Source: Blepharisma stoltei ATCC 30299
Taxonomy: Eukaryota; Protista; Ciliophora
Length of the DNA stretch: 64,000 nucleotides
Assembly: GCA_965603825.1 (NCBI GenBank)
Contig: CBFDEM010000030.1
Span: 572,331 to 636,330 of the forward strand
Reading direction: 5' to 3'
Both the position numbers and the translations under genes were made by a program. The notes below the pieces were generated by a model. That model made no database searches, had not been told where the DNA came from, and worked only from the letters and a program-made list of their open reading frames with translations. Below, one piece after another: positions 47,903 through 59,061 of the stretch. How positions within the stretch are numbered: position 1 is the first letter of the stretch; each line of letters opens with the position of its first letter.

Positions 47903-48599
47903 TTTTCAATTTATTATAAATATGTTACTTCATATAATTAGGAAACGATATAAAATTTTGGGATAAATCGGCAATTTTTGATATATTAATAAGAATATCA
48001 AAATTGTCTCTAATATTGATTTTATTTAATTTTTGTGGATAAAGCGCTAATTCCATTTTTTTCTAGTCAAATATTATATTGAACTTATTTAAACTTTTGT
48101 CTGCATGGATTAATGACCAAAAGGATTGCTGTTTATTTTATTCCATTTTTCTCTTTTAGTTTAATTTAAGACTTATAATGCAAAAAATTAAAAATACTTT
48201 AGCTTGAAATTAAGGGCTTACAAATTTATAAGATTAAATTCTATTTAAGGTTTTGCAATATAATAATTTTATCCATTTAAAATCAAGTCATAATATTTAA
48301 TGAAAAGTAATATATTAGAGTCATGCTAGAAAGCATTTAATCTTAGTTTTGAAACAGATCTCCTATTGTGTTTAGGATGCAATGGATTATCGCCACAAGT
48401 GTATTGGCCTGCAAAAAATATAATAACATTATATATATATGATTAAGGCAGCAGCAGAGCATTATCTATCTCTATAAATTAGTCTTTGGGACAAAGATAT
48501 ATCATTTTAGTTTTGCAATTGTTTTATTATACTGTCGAAATCATTTTTTTTTCTTATTTATATAAAATTCCAGACAATCTAGTTAAAAAATATCTGAAA

Positions 48600-49060
48600 A
48601 ATGCGCATCCCAATTTTACGCAAGTAAAAAAGAGAGCATGACTTCAAAAATATGAAAAAATCCTGAAATTATGCATCTCCAAATCGTACGCCAATAGCAG
48701 GAGCTCAAATAGCCCTTTGAATAGCGAATTCCAAAGATTGACAAAAAACTGCTGGATTTTTGAGTGCTTAGGGTATGGAGTTTGACTCTACAAAGTAAAA
48801 AAAAATTGAAATTATGCATATCTTAATCGTGCTCCAACAATTCAAACTGGTTTCAGAAATTCATGGAAAAACCCAAGGTTTTTGCTGATATTTTGGTATT
48901 TTAGGGGGGAAATGGAGCAAAAATTCGCATATTAAAAAAAATTGCACATCTCCCAATTATGCATCGATAGCCAAAGATTAGACAGTCTTTAACTAAGTTA
49001 GTTCCAGAAATGAATAAAACAAATTAGATTTTATTAAGCTTTTGTGTACTTTAGCACTGA
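48600..49060. repeat. Degenerate non-coding tandem repeat, about 3 units of 130-150 bp
   Basis: TGAAATTATGCAT at 48664 and 48807, a related AAATTGCACATCTCCCAATTATGC near 48938, and recurring TTTG...TTAG and TTCAGAAAT blocks. Confidence 0.5.
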
Positions 49061-49390
49061 ATAAATTATTTTTTTGAATAATTCTCTACTTCTTTTAACT
49101 GCCTAAATGCTGTTTTATTATACCACGTCTGTGCCTGAAATGTCTGCAATGCTTCTGTGAGAATTTAAGAAAGCTTAGAGATTCCCTCTCAAGTTTGCGC
49201 TTCAAATACATCCGTCGTTATGTGAGCCTCCTCTAGATCCTCGCTAGATACTATAGAAATATATAAAAAATTATTTTTAAAGCAGCATTAATAGAACTTA
49301 AGTATTTCAAAAGTTAATGGCATTAATAAATAAATAAATATAATTTTCATCTATTATGCTTATTAAAAATTTGTAATTTGTAATAAAATA

Positions 49391-49975
49391 ATGCATAGGT
49401 TTCGTATGCCATCTGATTACGAAGTCATGATTTCTTGTACAGAACTCGATATCGCCAATTCAAGTCCTAGAAACCGGGGTCTACAAGTGAGCAAATCCAA
49501 ATTAAGAGATATGGTCCGAAGCGCCAAAGAACAAAAACTCCAGCTTGCGAAAGACAAAATGGCGATAATCAAATTGTCAAAGGAGCTTAAAAACCAAGAA
49601 AAATCACTGAATAGTGAAGAGGAAATTCTTAAAAAAGAAAAAATTGCTCTTCAACAACAGCGTATGGAGCTGGATGACTTGAAGGCGAAATTAAGCCATG
49701 ATCAAGCTAAGTTAAATCAACTTAGAGAAAAGTTGGGAGTTGAAAACAACCAAGTCAGCCAAGCCCTTGAAGATTTGCGACTAAAGGCTGCTGAAATCAA
49801 TAAGCAAAGATGTGACATAAAGAAAGGATCTCCTTTAGGAGAGAAAAAAAATAAAGCCCAAGCATCATGCCCTAGCTTCCAAGACTTTAATGAACAATTA
49901 AAACAAAAAAATCACGAAAGAAAAAACCAATTCCGAACAGAAGCAAGGCAAAATTCCTTAGAAATCTGGCTTTAG
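49391..49975 (+). CDS. Coiled-coil hypothetical protein
   Basis: 194-aa ORF with heptad pattern; ends in TAG. Confidence 0.7.
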   Translation: MHRFRMPSDYEVMISCTELDIANSSPRNRGLQVSKSKLRDMVRSAKEQKLQLAKDKMAIIKLSKELKNQEKSLNSEEEILKKEKIALQQQRMELDDLKAKLSHDQAKLNQLREKLGVENNQVSQALEDLRLKAAEINKQRCDIKKGSPLGEKKNKAQASCPSFQDFNEQLKQKNHERKNQFRTEARQNSLEIWL

Positions 49976-50124
49976 CCATTTTAAGCGCCGATTTTTATAA
50001 TTAACGATATTTCACATCTAAACTCTCCTCCTTAATTTTTTGCAAAAAATAAAATTCCTCCACACAATATCTAAACAACTCACAATTTTTCGCAAAATAT
50101 TTATGTCGAATAAATCTTCTTGTA

Positions 50125-50709
50125 ATGGAATTTCCTTCATACAAAGTCATCACACTAGGTAGCTACGGAGTCGGCAAAACCTGCTTACTCATCCGAGCCA
50201 CAGAAGAAAACTGTGTCTTTTCTTCAAACTACATGACAACAATTGGGGTGGATTTCAAAACTAAGCTTCACAACTACAATGGCCAGTTTTTCAAACTCAT
50301 GATTTGGGACACTGCTGGCCAAGAGCGATTCCACCATATAAACCGATTATATTATAACGGTTGCAACGCTGTGATCCTAGTCTACGACATCACAAGTCTT
50401 TTTTCATTCGAAAAAGTCCCCACATTCCTTGACGATTACAACAAAAACACAGATGGGAGTTCAGCTGTGATCCTAGTTGGGAACAAAAGTGACTCCTTAA
50501 ATCGACAAGTCTCCTACGAGCAAGGCAAAACCCTTGCAAACCAACTAGGAATTCCATTCATAGAATGCTCAGCTTACACTGGGGAAAACGTAAATCAACT
50601 GTTCGATATTCTGATCCAGCAGCTCACAAAAGACAATAAACTGCCGACGCCAGCAGCAAAACAAACATTTGTGGTATCGAAAACGAAGAAGAAAAAATCC
50701 TGTTGCTAA
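50125..50709 (+). CDS. Rab-family small GTPase
   Basis: GSYGVGKT, TIGVDF, WDTAGQE, GNKSD, ECSA, C-terminal CC. Confidence 0.95.
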   Translation: MEFPSYKVITLGSYGVGKTCLLIRATEENCVFSSNYMTTIGVDFKTKLHNYNGQFFKLMIWDTAGQERFHHINRLYYNGCNAVILVYDITSLFSFEKVPTFLDDYNKNTDGSSAVILVGNKSDSLNRQVSYEQGKTLANQLGIPFIECSAYTGENVNQLFDILIQQLTKDNKLPTPAAKQTFVVSKTKKKKSCC

Positions 50710-50730
50710 AATTAAGCATTAATCCTTTAA

Positions 50731-51105
50731 TTATTTCTGCACTATATTCACGAGTTTTTCAAACCTCCCCCGGATTCTTCTGGCAAGCTGCATATCTTTG
50801 ACGAGTAAAGTTACCCTTTTGGCGTGAAGGGAGCAAAGATTGGAGTCTTCAAACAGGCCGACGAGAAAATCCTCGGCTGAATGCTGCATGGCTTCTACTG
50901 CAAGTTTGCTTCATTTTAAAGAACTGTCTTTGGTTAAACCTAAAGATACGTCTAATAGGAGCTTTTTGAAGGCTTTTTTGCCTAGCAAAAGTTCAGTTGA
51001 GCTTTGGTATTTCCTGATATCTTTTTGGACTCGGACTCCAGGGAAGTATTTTTCAATTATTTTGGCTTTGGGCTTTTCTTGAGGGCTGGTTACGGCTTTT
51101 GACAT
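50731..51105 (-). CDS. Divergent histone H3 variant, CenH3/CENP-A-like, 124 aa
   Basis: Through TGA 50911-50913: [45 protein letters not shown](W)[48 protein letters not shown]; TAA at 50731-50733. Confidence 0.9.
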
Positions 51106-51167
51106 TATGGCGGTATCAATTTATAATAAAAAAAGTATGTAAAAAATTAACGATTCAGAGGATATAA

Positions 51168-52958
51168 ATGGAAAGAAGTAATTTCTATCATATAACCTCC
51201 GACAAGGAAATAGCCAGAAATAATGGGATAGCTTTAAAAGATTACGAAATTAACCCTCAAAAAGCAAGTTCAGGGGCCCAAAAATTCGAAATAAAACTTG
51301 ACAGCCACTCTTCATTGTTTAAAAATGCATTAAGTCATGACTATTTTAACCCAATGAAAAGAAAATCATTAGAAGAAATCTTAATTGAAGACAAGAGAAC
51401 TGACCCACCCAAAGAAACTCCAATTGAAGACAAAAAAACCAAGCTTAATGCATTTCTTCCAGAAATTATAGAAGAGCATTCTGTTGGGGAAAAAGAATCA
51501 ATGATTTCAGAAAGAATTAAAGAGGCTTCAGCAGAAGAGAACAAAGCAGAAATAAACGCAGACCCAGTCCAAGTGCCTTCATTAATGCAATGCTTAATGA
51601 GCGGACCAAAAGTGCAGATCCTGATGGAAAAGCCAAAAGAACTGACAGCCTGTGACTTTCCTATTGACGCTGAAGAAAATTATATCCCTCCTGAGGAAAG
51701 CGAAATAATCAGTGTTTCTTCAAATGTCTCCTTTATGCCTCAGAAGTACCAAAAAGGAGTCCAAACTGCTTCAGGGTGCAATTTAAGCATTTCTACATTA
51801 GCAAGTATAAGCATTGAGTCATATTCAACCAAAGGAGAATCCAAACACGAAAGAGAGCTACTAAACCTGTCAGAAGACATTTCTTTTGCTACAGTTATTG
51901 AGAAAAACACCCCAGTAGGGAACCATCCAGAAATTTCAAGCCTTGTTAACAGCCAGTCTCAATCAAGATCATACACTCCTACTAATAGTATTTATATAGC
52001 TCCTTTTTCACTTGACTCTGCCATGCTTTATAATGGAGCTAAAGAGCCTGCTAGTGATGAAAAAGAGCTTTTAAGCTTGATTAGGCAGCTTCAACACGAT
52101 ATGGAAAAGCTGAAACAAGACCAAACAGACCAAAAGATATATAGACAAAAATATCAAGAAGCAGACAAAGAGAACGAGAGTCTCAGAGCTGAAATTGAGA
52201 ACATAAAAAAGAACATGGCAGAGAAAAGCGATTTTAAAAAGCTTGATGATTTATTTGAACAAAAACAAGTTATTGTTGAAGCAACAATAGATATTCTTCA
52301 GCAGCTTAAAGAAGAAATTGATTTCATGAAAAAAGAAATAAAAGATATCAAAGAAACAATGGTCTTCAATGAAGGCCATCTAAATGCGTCTGATAAAAAA
52401 ATTGATGATATTTTCAATAGGGTTTCTGAGTGGAAAAATAGTCAAGATACCCATGAAAATAGCGAAATCCATGAAAAATGTATGATGGAAATTGACATCC
52501 TTAAACAAAGCAGCAAAAGCTTAAGCGAAGAAATTAAACTTATTAAGGACTCAATCACAAATTCATTGCCAACTGAAGGAATAATACATGAGCGGAAAGA
52601 CACGAGGTTTAGTGAACCAATTTTTCATGAAGAATTTTACGAAAATTTCGATGAGCTAAATTATGAGCAGCCTATGGAGTTGATTTCTTGTGGCAAGCCA
52701 AAAATTAAAAATTCGCTTGTGGCACTTTCTGATTTACAAGAAAACCGATTCCTCATTAATGATCTTCAAGAGAAACTTCAATCGTTAGAGGAACAGAAAA
52801 TTGCTCTTGAAAATGAGTATTTTCAGCTCCCAGAAATGAGCCGAAGTATGAGAACGAAAAAGAGAAAACAGACGCTAGAGCTTGAGCTGTCGATCAATTC
52901 AAATAGCATTTCCTCAGTCAAAGATAAAATCAGAAAATATAGTCTCCCTTGCAGATAG
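51168..52958 (+). CDS. Coiled-coil protein with C-terminal MPHOSPH9/enkurin-like helical hairpin
   Basis: 596-aa ORF; C-terminal LEEQKIALENEYFQLP...RKQTLELEL...ISSVKDKIRKY. Confidence 0.7.
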   Translation: MERSNFYHITSDKEIARNNGIALKDYEINPQKASSGAQKFEIKLDSHSSLFKNALSHDYFNPMKRKSLEEILIEDKRTDPPKETPIEDKKTKLNAFLPEIIEEHSVGEKESMISERIKEASAEENKAEINADPVQVPSLMQCLMSGPKVQILMEKPKELTACDFPIDAEENYIPPEESEIISVSSNVSFMPQKYQKGVQTASGCNLSISTLASISIESYSTKGESKHERELLNLSEDISFATVIEKNTPVGNHPEISSLVNSQSQSRSYTPTNSIYIAPFSLDSAMLYNGAKEPASDEKELLSLIRQLQHDMEKLKQDQTDQKIYRQKYQEADKENESLRAEIENIKKNMAEKSDFKKLDDLFEQKQVIVEATIDILQQLKEEIDFMKKEIKDIKETMVFNEGHLNASDKKIDDIFNRVSEWKNSQDTHENSEIHEKCMMEIDILKQSSKSLSEEIKLIKDSITNSLPTEGIIHERKDTRFSEPIFHEEFYENFDELNYEQPMELISCGKPKIKNSLVALSDLQENRFLINDLQEKLQSLEEQKIALENEYFQLPEMSRSMRTKKRKQTLELELSINSNSISSVKDKIRKYSLPCR

Positions 52959-53233
52959 CTTATGATGTAAAATTTTGTTATCAATTATCATTTAACCTTT
53001 TATATTTTAATATGTAAAGCGTTTCAAGCATAAATACCCTTTTGTTAAACATATATAAATCTTATAAATCTTATAAACCATTAAAAATCAAAAATATAAT
53101 AAATTCGACCTTAGACAAGTGAATTTCTATCTTTCTATTTTACAGAAGCATTTATGAGTGAAATTTCCAATATATAATCATAAAAAATATTTTTAATTAA
53201 TACTAATTGCCTTGTTAAAAGTCTAGTCTACAA

Positions 53234-54295
53234 TTATTCATTAAAGTTTGGAAATCCATTGAATGCTGAGTTTTTAAAAATCAACGGACTGTATCCAGGA
53301 CTCAGAACTGAGCTGAAGTTTGGTGTCAGAGTTGGGAGTCCAGGAGTGTTTATGCTTGGTGTACGTCCGAACCCTGGCGTCCCATCACCGAATACTGGAA
53401 AATCTGGAATTTCTCCAAGCTTTGGAATCGGATTCACAAAGGAATCAAAACTTATCTGGTTTTTATCTTTACTAATCTCTTCAGGCGGCAATGGGGATAA
53501 TGCGTCTAGCCCAAAAATTGGGCTAGCTGATATCTCCTCTTTTACTATCTTTCCTATGGTAACCTTTCCAGGGCTGTTTTCATTTGTTTCAGATTCTTCC
53601 CCCCCTTCTCCGTCCTCAATATTTTCTAACTTTTCTTCTTTTTCTTCCTTAACAGAGCTGTCCATTGCGATTCTCAGGATATCGTCCACACAATGGTTGT
53701 AATCAATAATTTGGACTTCTCCAAGGCCAAGATAAGGCTTGCTGTATTCTTTGAACCGATTGTTTATTTCTTTGGAGTCAATTTTAAGCAAATGTTTGTG
53801 TGTGCTGTGCCAGCTTTCATAGCTTTTTAAGAAATTTGCATTCATTTTTTCAAGATACACGTTAAACGGCTTTAAGTTTTCATTGAGATAGGACTTTGAA
53901 GCATACGCTGCAAAAAGAAGGTCTAAATAGCAAGTGCTTGAAAGGCTTTTCCAGTCAATTTTTTGTAAATAGATTGTCCACAAAGAAGCTTCCATTTCAT
54001 TGAGGGCAAGGTCTTTTGCAGCAGAAATTAATTGCTTCATTGCAGCTTTTTTGTATGCAGCATTGAGGCAGGCTGATGTTTGGACTACTTTGTAGAGGAT
54101 GTTGATGATTGTATTTGATAGACTGAACTCGGTGTATTCAGAACGAATTGCCTCGTATTCTTTCAAGTGATACTCTTCTTCTTCATTGTCAAGAGATACT
54201 TCTTCTTCAATCTTCAATTTTTTTTGGGGCTTTCTTCTTGGGCGATCTATTGAACTTTTTTTCACAGTTTCTTGATCGCTTGAATTTTTTGACAT
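53234..54295 (-). CDS. Hypothetical protein with NLS-like N-terminus and SP/TP-rich tail
   Basis: Intact 353-aa ORF. Confidence 0.75.
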   Translation of the reverse strand: MSKNSSDQETVKKSSIDRPRRKPQKKLKIEEEVSLDNEEEEYHLKEYEAIRSEYTEFSLSNTIINILYKVVQTSACLNAAYKKAAMKQLISAAKDLALNEMEASLWTIYLQKIDWKSLSSTCYLDLLFAAYASKSYLNENLKPFNVYLEKMNANFLKSYESWHSTHKHLLKIDSKEINNRFKEYSKPYLGLGEVQIIDYNHCVDDILRIAMDSSVKEEKEEKLENIEDGEGGEESETNENSPGKVTIGKIVKEEISASPIFGLDALSPLPPEEISKDKNQISFDSFVNPIPKLGEIPDFPVFGDGTPGFGRTPSINTPGLPTLTPNFSSVLSPGYSPLIFKNSAFNGFPNFNE

Positions 54296-54881
54296 AATGA
54301 CTATTAAAACAATAGATTTTTATTGCTTAATTGATTAAAGTAAAACGCTCCTGATCCCCTATCAGCAAAATATACTTAGAGCATGAAATTATCACTAAGC
54401 TTATCATTCAGATATAAAAAGTTTTCCATTAAAAATTAATTAATTTTCTGTTGAACTGATAATTTTGGTTAAAATATAAATAAAGTATTAAAGCCTTCTT
54501 GAGTAAATATCATCATTTATTAAAGTTAAAAGACTTGAAAGCTATTTTATCAGACAAATTGAGAGAGAGCATTGCTTATTCAATTTTATTTTTTGATAAA
54601 TATGAGGGATTTATTAGCAAAAAAATGTGTATTATTTTAAATAACTCTTTATAAAATTATTTAGTTGTTTCAGCAACAGCAAATTAACTACTTTTAAAGA
54701 AAATTCATATTACAAGAGTTTATTAAAAAGATTAATTATATAATGAATGACCTTGGGAATTTAATATAATTTATAAAAATTTTGCTCTAGGTTCTTATGT
54801 TCTATTAACATGGACAAAATTTCATAAATTTTGAAATAAAATCTTTATTATATAATCATATCTAATAATTAATATATCCTG

Positions 54882-55541
54882 ATGGTATCCAAATGCAGCT
54901 TGTAACACTTATTTAGTGATTACCAATTTAAAATAGTAATTGTCGGTGATGCTCATGTTGGGAAATCTTGCTTAGTTGTTAGACAATCAGATGGCACCTT
55001 TGATGATCGATATAGCGTGACAATTGGCGTGGAATTCAAGAACTCAATAATCCATATAGAAAATTCCACTGTCAAACTTCAACTGGTAATTATAAATCAG
55101 TGAGACACTGCTGGGCAAGAAAAATATAGAGCCATTGCAAGCGGATATTATAGAGGTGCTGATGCAGTGATTGTTATGTTTGACAAAACTGATAGACAGA
55201 CATTTGAGCATGTAGAACTTTGGCTTGAAGAAGTAGGAAAATATATTAAAAGCAATTTTGTAGCAATGCTTGTAGGAAACAAGTCAGACATGAAGTGTGT
55301 AGTGGAGTTTGCTGAAGGGGAAAGGAAAGCAATTTTAAATAAAATGGAATATATTGAAACTAGTGCAAAAGATCCTTATCAAGTTGATTTGTGTTTTGAA
55401 AGAATTGCTAGGACACTTCTTAAAAAGAAAGTTGCACAGGAAAAAGCAGAAAATGCAAAAATCCCAGAAGTAGGCATGAAAATTGCCCGTAAAAATCGAA
55501 TGTCAATCCAAAAAAATAAATGCTGCAACAATTTATTATAA
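54882..55541 (+). CDS. Rab1-like small GTPase (two 15-nt introns), 209 aa
   Basis: After removing 54902-54916 and 55086-55100: FDYQFKIVIVGDAHVGKS...TIGVEF...KLQL(W)DTAGQE...GNKSD...ETSAK...CCNNLL. Confidence 0.92.
54902..54916 (+). other. 15-nt intron GTAACACTTATTTAG
   Basis: GT-AG, A at -6; retention gives an in-frame TAA. Confidence 0.85.
55086..55100 (+). other. 15-nt intron GTAATTATAAATCAG (in frame, stop-free)
   Basis: Removal restores the invariant KLQLWDTAGQE. Confidence 0.92.
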
Positions 55542-55570
55542 TAAATTTAAAATAAATAGAATAATTAATT

Positions 55571-56701
55571 ATGGAATGCCTAAATATAAATGTCGCAAGG
55601 CCAAATACTGTGCCGAATAAGCATGAAAAATACGTGAATTATTTTTACAAAGCAAGCAGTTACGAAAATTTAAATACATCTGAGAAGATTATCAGTAAGC
55701 CTGAGCCCATTATAACTCGCAAATTGCCAAGATCATCAAGCTGTAATCCAAATAAAATAAAGCAAATGCTATTAGAGAGCAAAATGGAGCAAAATCGTCT
55801 TAAAAAGTCCCAGCCTTTTTTTGCAGTGAATGCTTATCCTTTGCTAAAAGCTTATGAATTGGTAAAAGACGAAAAAATTGATAGCACTGACCTAAGCAAA
55901 AATTTACTTGACTTTAAATATATTACAAAAATCAGTAGGTATCATTCGGAAAAATATATATTAGGGCTATACCAAGATCAAACAAGTAATGATCTAGTAA
56001 AGAAAAACCCTTCTACAAGCTTAATCTCTAGTAATGGCTCTGAAAGAAAAAACTTAAAAGTAACTATTAAGAATAGCAAGAAAGAAAGCAAAGAAAAGAG
56101 CTTTGGTGAAGACGTAAGAAATCTTTTTGAATTAATTGATAATCATTTATATGTCCAAGAACCAATCCCAGTCGAAACACAAAGCTCATCATCTATAACA
56201 GATAAAATCGAAAAGCCAGCAGCAACTCTTATTAAGCAAAATAGTGAGCTTCACAAAAAGATATCAATTCATTTTCCTGAAAAGAAAATTAAACGAAGAA
56301 CAGTCCAGTTTACACTTTCACAATCAAAATCTGAAATAAATTGGAGTGATAATAATGACACAAAAAACGAGACAGAAGAATCATCTCCTAAGAAGTCGAA
56401 GGTGCTTTCTCCAACTAGTCCTTCTTCTTACTTAAGTTCAAGCTTTGATCATTCATTGTCAGCAACTTTTTATATCAAAAACACTAAGAAAAGATCGAAC
56501 ACAAATAAAAAGACAGAAAAACCGAAATATATAGTTCCAATTTTTACTGGGCCATTTGGATCATCTCTTAAAGGTAAAAAAATTAAAGAGTGCACTGATT
56601 TTGGAGTGCTATTCAAGTCATCATCAGCTTCAAAGCAAGCTAATCCTTATAATCTTTCATCCTCAATATTGAAAAGAAACAAAGTTAAACTGTACTCATA
56701 A
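55571..56701 (+). CDS. K/S-rich hypothetical protein
   Basis: Intact 376-aa ORF. Confidence 0.7.
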   Translation: MECLNINVARPNTVPNKHEKYVNYFYKASSYENLNTSEKIISKPEPIITRKLPRSSSCNPNKIKQMLLESKMEQNRLKKSQPFFAVNAYPLLKAYELVKDEKIDSTDLSKNLLDFKYITKISRYHSEKYILGLYQDQTSNDLVKKNPSTSLISSNGSERKNLKVTIKNSKKESKEKSFGEDVRNLFELIDNHLYVQEPIPVETQSSSSITDKIEKPAATLIKQNSELHKKISIHFPEKKIKRRTVQFTLSQSKSEINWSDNNDTKNETEESSPKKSKVLSPTSPSSYLSSSFDHSLSATFYIKNTKKRSNTNKKTEKPKYIVPIFTGPFGSSLKGKKIKECTDFGVLFKSSSASKQANPYNLSSSILKRNKVKLYS

Positions 56702-57006
56702 TTAATTTGTTTTTTAAATTGCTGATAGTTTAATTATATGAATAAATGACAGCCTTCAATAAAATCAATTTGAGATATAAAAGCGAAAAGAGAATTTTCC
56801 ATTTACAAAAAATAATTTCTATTCATTTCTGATTTCAGAGCTTATATATTAGCTTAAAGCCAAATCTATTTATCGATCTTAAAGGGGGAGTTATAAAATA
56901 CAGCTAATGAGAAAAACTAGTTCATGGCCAAATCTTATAACTATCTATCTTTCTATAAGCTAAATATTAATCATTCTCAGAAAATTTGAAAACTATAAAA
57001 ATTGCT

Positions 57007-58701
57007 ATGGAAGAAGAAGATAAATTCTCAAACAACGAAAAAATTATGAGCAGCTTCACCCACGAAAAAGCTGGGATGAAAGGAATAAATCGTGAAAAAA
57101 TAGATAAAATTATTTATGAAGCATCGAAAAATACCGATTTTTTCAATCACGAGCAACAAAAGACTGACCAAGTTCAAAAGAAAATCAAGTCCATGAAAAA
57201 CGAAATTCAAAAAAATATTCAAAAAGGTCCCAGATTTATAAAAGAAAGCTCAGATGAAATTGATCGGAAAATCAGAGAATTCGAAAAAGAAAGAATTCTA
57301 ACAGAAACCTGAATCCATGTAGACATGGACATGTTTTATGCTTCTGTCGAAATAAGAGACCAACCTGATCTCGCAGATAAGCCAATTGCTGTTGGTGACA
57401 CCCAAATGATAACAACAGCTAATTACATTGCACGAAGATTCGGGGTAAGAAGTGCAATGCCTGGGTTTATCGGCAAAAAACTTTGCCCTGAGTTAATTTT
57501 TGTTCCTCCCAATTTTGGTAAATATCAAGCTGAAGGAGAAAAAATCAGAGAAATTTTCAAAGAATATGACCCGAATTTTGAGAGCATGGGTCTTGATGAA
57601 GCTAATTTATTAGTCACCCCTGTATTAAGAGAAAGAGGTACAGACACACATGAAGGAAGGCAAGCTCTCGCTATGGAAATTCGTGAAAAAATTTTTGTTG
57701 AAACACAGCTAACAGCTTCAGCTGGAATCGCCTGCAATAAACTTTTAGCTAAAATGGCTACTGAAATTAATAAACCAAATGGCCAATTTTACTTGCAGCC
57801 AGACAGAGATAAAATAACTGAATTTATTGAGCAGCAAAAAGTCAGAAAAGTCCCAGGAATTGGAAAAGTACTAGAAAAAATCTTAAATGAGCTTGGTGTC
57901 GATGTATGTGGCGACATCTTGAAAAAGAAGCTTGAAATCAGCTTTGTCTTTAACAACACGTCATTAGCTTTTTTGCTTAAATCAGCTCTTGGGCTAGGCT
58001 CTACAAGCCATACTGGCGTTTCTGAAGAGCAAAAAAGTATAAGTATCTCAAGAACTTTTCCCCCAACTGAAAATATTGACGAAATTCGAAAGAAGCTAAT
58101 TACCTTTTGTGAAAACATCGCAAAAGAGCTAGAAGAAAAAGACGCAGAGTGCAGAAATGTGACTGTTTTTATTAAAAGAGGCAACTATGAGACTATTAAT
58201 CGCTCTGAAACATCCAAAAAGCTAATTAATACACTAGAAGATATCACAAATCTTGCTTTTAGGCAGCTTGAAACATTGCAGCCACTTGGACAAATTCGGC
58301 TTTTAGGACTAAAAGTGGGTAATTTGAGCTTTGGAAGGAAAAAAAGGAAATCAATACAAAGTTTCCTTGCAGAGCCACCTGCAGAGACTGAACCAAAAGG
58401 AGTGATACAGAAAAAAGCAACTTCAGAAGAAGAATTCGTTAATTCATTTTTACATACTCCGCTGACACCAGAGAAAAAGGTTATAGAGGATGCCAAGCCC
58501 ACAGGAATTAAATTAATGAGATTGCAATGTCCTGTGTGCGGTCAGTGATTTACAATGAGTGAGTATAGGATGAGTGTACATGTCAGTGAGTGCGTGAATG
58601 ATAATGGGGCTAAAAAAAGAAAAGTGTCTTTGGAAGGAGAAAATAAGAGAATTAAGTCTCAAAAAGGATTGACACTTGACCATTTCTTTACTAAAAAATA
58701 A
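57007..58701 (+). CDS. POLK: DNA polymerase kappa (DinB, Y family), 564 aa
   Basis: KAGMKG N-clasp, (W)IHVDMDMFYASVE, TANYIARRFGVRSAMPGF, GLDEA, NKPNGQ; after the second TGA a UBZ (CPVC...HVSEC) and a PIP box TLDHFF; TAA at 58699-58701. Confidence 0.95.
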
Positions 58702-59061
58702 TTAATGCTATCAGATGGGTTATCATTGTATGCTGAATTAGGTTAATATGATACATAATTATATTCATAATGGCGGAATAATGTTACAATTGTTATATTA
58801 ATTAAAACGTCAATAGTAATTTTCAAATCCTCAAAGTGATAGAGAAAGCTTGTGAGCATATTAAAACTTATCAGACTGCAAATAATGCATAGTTAATTAA
58901 ATTTAGCATATTTAATAAATTTAAAAATTTATAATCCTTGATATGCCTGAGATCTTAAAAATAAATACCAGCCAAAAAAAACTGCTAGCCCTTAGAAATT
59001 TTCACTATCTAATTTATTAATTCAATTATCTACACCATTTTCACATTCATAATTTGATTCA

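Noticed and set aside
30618-52958. Apparent mitosis cluster (BUB3, CDC14, CenH3-like, MPHOSPH9-like)
   Set aside because: Spread over 22 kb among unrelated genes; compatible with chance in a dense genome.
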